The position numbers and the translations under genes are program-made. DNA of 64,000 nucleotides from Naegleria gruberi (taxonomy: Eukaryota): the NCBI GenBank assembly GCA_000004985.1, contig GG738925.1. One strand, 5' to 3'. The notes beneath the pieces were generated by a model. It saw only the letters and a program-made list of their open reading frames with translations. It was not told where the DNA came from and ran no database searches. This document shows, one piece after another, positions 61,948-64,000 of the stretch. The first letter of the stretch is position 1. Each line of letters begins with the position of its first letter.

Positions 61948-64000
61948 TTGGCCTTCTCAACATCTTCTTGGATTCTTTTGTAGGCATTCATCCACTTAAT
62001 TTCAGCAAATATATATCCAATTGTTTTGCTTGAAAGACCTAACCCTGCCCTAGTCAAGTTGGTGATGAGTGTGAGAGTACTACTATTGTGTGGATTATTA
62101 GCTTCTTTAACTTCCGATTCCTTGAATCTCTTTTTCCAAATATCCTTATTTGAGTTTGGATCAATTTCTAGCATAAATGGAACAAATTCTTCTAATTGTA
62201 GTCTATCTTTCTCGAATTTAACGAGAACTTTACTTTCTCCCATTTCTGTCCAATATTCTGTTACATCTCTGAATGCAATAATGAAGAAAGTGTTCAATTT
62301 GGAAAGGAAATATTGATTGCTCTCAAAACAAACAGGATCGGCCATAATAATGTCATTAATAAGAGTTTCTCTTTCTTCTGTTGGAACTTCTTGATAGATA
62401 GATCCTAAAATTTCAATAACAGCTTCTCTCTTCAGAGGTGATTTGGAGTCCTTAGCATAATTGTTCCATTTTGCTCTTAATGCATGTAAGGCAAGTGAAA
62501 CACTTGCACCGAATGCTGGATCATTAAGACCCTCCATAGATTTACAAAATTCCAGAATATCCTTAGCATTGTTAGTAAACTTGTTTGAATGGAATTAAAT
62601 ACTTACAGCGTACTTGGCTCTAAACTCTTCGCAAGCAGTCAAAAACTCAAAGCTGACCTTATGTACAATCTCAGGTAATACAAACAATTGATCCAAAACA
62701 TCATACAGCAGATAATCAATGCTTTTTACCTCCTTTTGAGGCTGTCTATAATCTTTGTAGTGTTGTACATATGTATCTAAAATAATCTCTCTCACTTCCT
62801 TTAAGGTCATCTTTCTTGTTGTCACATCTGTAATAATCTTATTTCCATATCTCGATTTATAAACATCCCATATTTTGCTCATTGCTTGAGTATTTGGTGA
62901 AATACCAATTCTGCTTAGGGTTGGTTTGAGGAAAGTGAACTTCTCATCTTCTTCAAGAGGGTCTACAACTTCACATTCAAGAGGAAGAATAGGATCGAAA
63001 TTAGGATTGTTAATGGCGTCCTGCATATTTGGATGGTTTTTGTAATAATGCAATTGAGAGTGAATAAGTTTCATATGAGTAACACCATGGGGTACTTCAA
63101 CCACTTCTGGAGTGTACTGAGGTGTGATTGTTGAACGATGAGCAAGTTTGAATTTACCATCACTTTTAGAAAAGAATACTTCTATTGAAGATCTCAAACT
63201 CAAAGCATCCAGGCCCATCATTGGTGAAGTTGTATCATTACTCACACAAAATGCAAGTTTTGGCTTTTTCTTTTGTTGATCTTCGGCTTTTGTTTTGATT
63301 CTAAGAGTGTTTTCGTCCAACTTATTCACTTTTTCGTGAATTATCATCATTTCATTATTCAGTAACTGAGCATCAGAAACAAATTCTGTCTTTATGGTCG
63401 ATTTCTGTAAAATGGATTAGTTAGAATGGCCACACATTTCAACTTACATCTACTTGCTTAGCTTGATGGATTTCAAATGAGTAGTCTTCAATCCTTCTAT
63501 TTTCAAGCATTTCCAATTGCTCGTGTAACTTTGTGAGTACTGATAGATCTTCTTGTATATCATGCATATCTTTCTTATCTTTCATCTGGAAACGTTTCAT
63601 TACAAAGTATCTCTTCTTCTTTGTTTCGTTGTCTTCCTTATAGGATCTTAAAAACTTAATTTCAGTTCTTAATTTAGTATTGTTCTTTTCAGTTTCGTCG
63701 AGTTTTGCTCTTAATTCCTTATAGGATTGCTCAGTACTCTTTTTAAGATTTGAACACTCCTCTTTCAGTTTCTCATGAGCTGCAGTAAGCTTTTTTAATT
63801 CTTCTCTACAGTCGCTGTGTACTCGTTTTTCATTAGACAATTCTTTTACAAGCTTTCCCTTTTCAAGCTCACTCTCTGAAATGAGTTCATAATCTGCTGC
63901 AGCTTTTTTCATTTCATCCAGCAGTCCAATATCTCTGTCGTTCACTACTAACGAATAAAAAGGTACTTTAAATCTATCATCCACCTCTGATTTAACAAAT
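61944..64000 (-). CDS. Hypothetical protein with N-terminal coiled-coil. Exons complement(join(61944..62561,62608..63404,63448..>64000)). The 5' end lies beyond the window.
   Basis: Three ORFs are joined in frame. GAT|GTAAGT...TTTTACAG (43 nt) joins ...HQAKQVD to KSTIKTEFVSD... and GCT|GTAAGT..TTTACTAACAATGCTAAG (45 nt, with a TACTAAC branch site) joins ...EEFRAKYA to DILEFCKSMEGLNDPAF.... The frame is open to base 64000 upstream of the annotated GTG start. Confidence 0.6.
62562..62606 (-). other. intron (45 nt) with canonical TACTAAC branch-point
   Basis: GTAAGTATTTAATTCCATTCAAACAAGTTTACTAACAATGCTAAG. The alternative 27-nt AG (..AAACAAG) is too close to the donor. Confidence 0.6.
63405..63447 (-). 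other. intron (43 nt)
   Basis: GTAAGTTGAAATGTGTGGCCATTCTAACTAATCCATTTTACAG. Phase 0. Joins the coiled-coil exon to the downstream ORF. Confidence 0.6.

Noticed and set aside
1-64000. Prokaryotic-style features (CRISPR arrays, operons, Shine-Dalgarno sites, rho-independent terminators), rRNA genes and transposable elements
   Set aside because: There are no direct-repeat/spacer arrays, no rRNA-like conserved blocks, and no transposase, reverse transcriptase or integrase ORFs. There are also no long terminal or inverted repeats that I could recognise by eye. The window is ordinary eukaryotic gene space.

Overview
This window is eukaryotic nuclear DNA, about 65% AT and gene-dense, with roughly 40 protein-coding genes on both strands in 64 kb, taken from a draft assembly (N-gap at 9655..9900). 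It uses the standard genetic code (TAA, TAG and TGA all act as stops). Most genes are single-exon, some of them more than 1,000 aa. The introns I can support are very short (41-89 nt, plus two of about 160 nt). Donors are GTAAGT, GTATGT or GTACGT; one intron has a yeast-like TACTAAC branch site; ATG starts sit in A-rich contexts. I cannot determine the taxon. The sequence looks like an intron-poor unicellular eukaryote (amoeba-like protist or basal fungus) with Asn/Ser/Thr-rich low-complexity proteins.

No rRNA, CRISPR, prokaryotic operon or recognisable transposon is present. The one RNA gene is tRNA-Gln(UUG) on the minus strand. Genes I recognise:
- FolD-type methylenetetrahydrofolate dehydrogenase/cyclohydrolase (2 exons)
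- copine (C2 + vWA, 2 exons)
- a Ca-ATPase-like P-type ATPase that is frameshifted in a poly-A run
- ubiquitin C-terminal hydrolase (3 exons, including a 7-nt first exon)
- prohibitin-2
- several protein kinases, including a tandem pseudokinase-kinase
- RCC1-BTB and Kelch-repeat proteins
- a T1/BTB giant protein
- a PAP2/vanadium-haloperoxidase-like secreted protein
- TPR, TLC-like and DUF4116-repeat proteins
- two giant Ser/Thr/Asn-rich surface proteins

The most unusual items are:
- a CDP-alcohol phosphatidyltransferase fused to a PhyH-like dioxygenase domain
- an F-box fused to a Rab-like pseudoGTPase
- a local cluster of at least six F-box genes plus BTB adaptors and a deubiquitinase
- a bacterial-type HExxH (DUF4157-like) small protein
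- three genes broken by a single frameshift or stop (P-type ATPase, LRR F-box, TLDc)

Many of the 'M' starts in the supplied ORF track are actually TTG or GTG codons, so I re-derived start codons and exon junctions by hand. Junction coordinates not anchored to an ORF-track boundary could be off by 1 nt.
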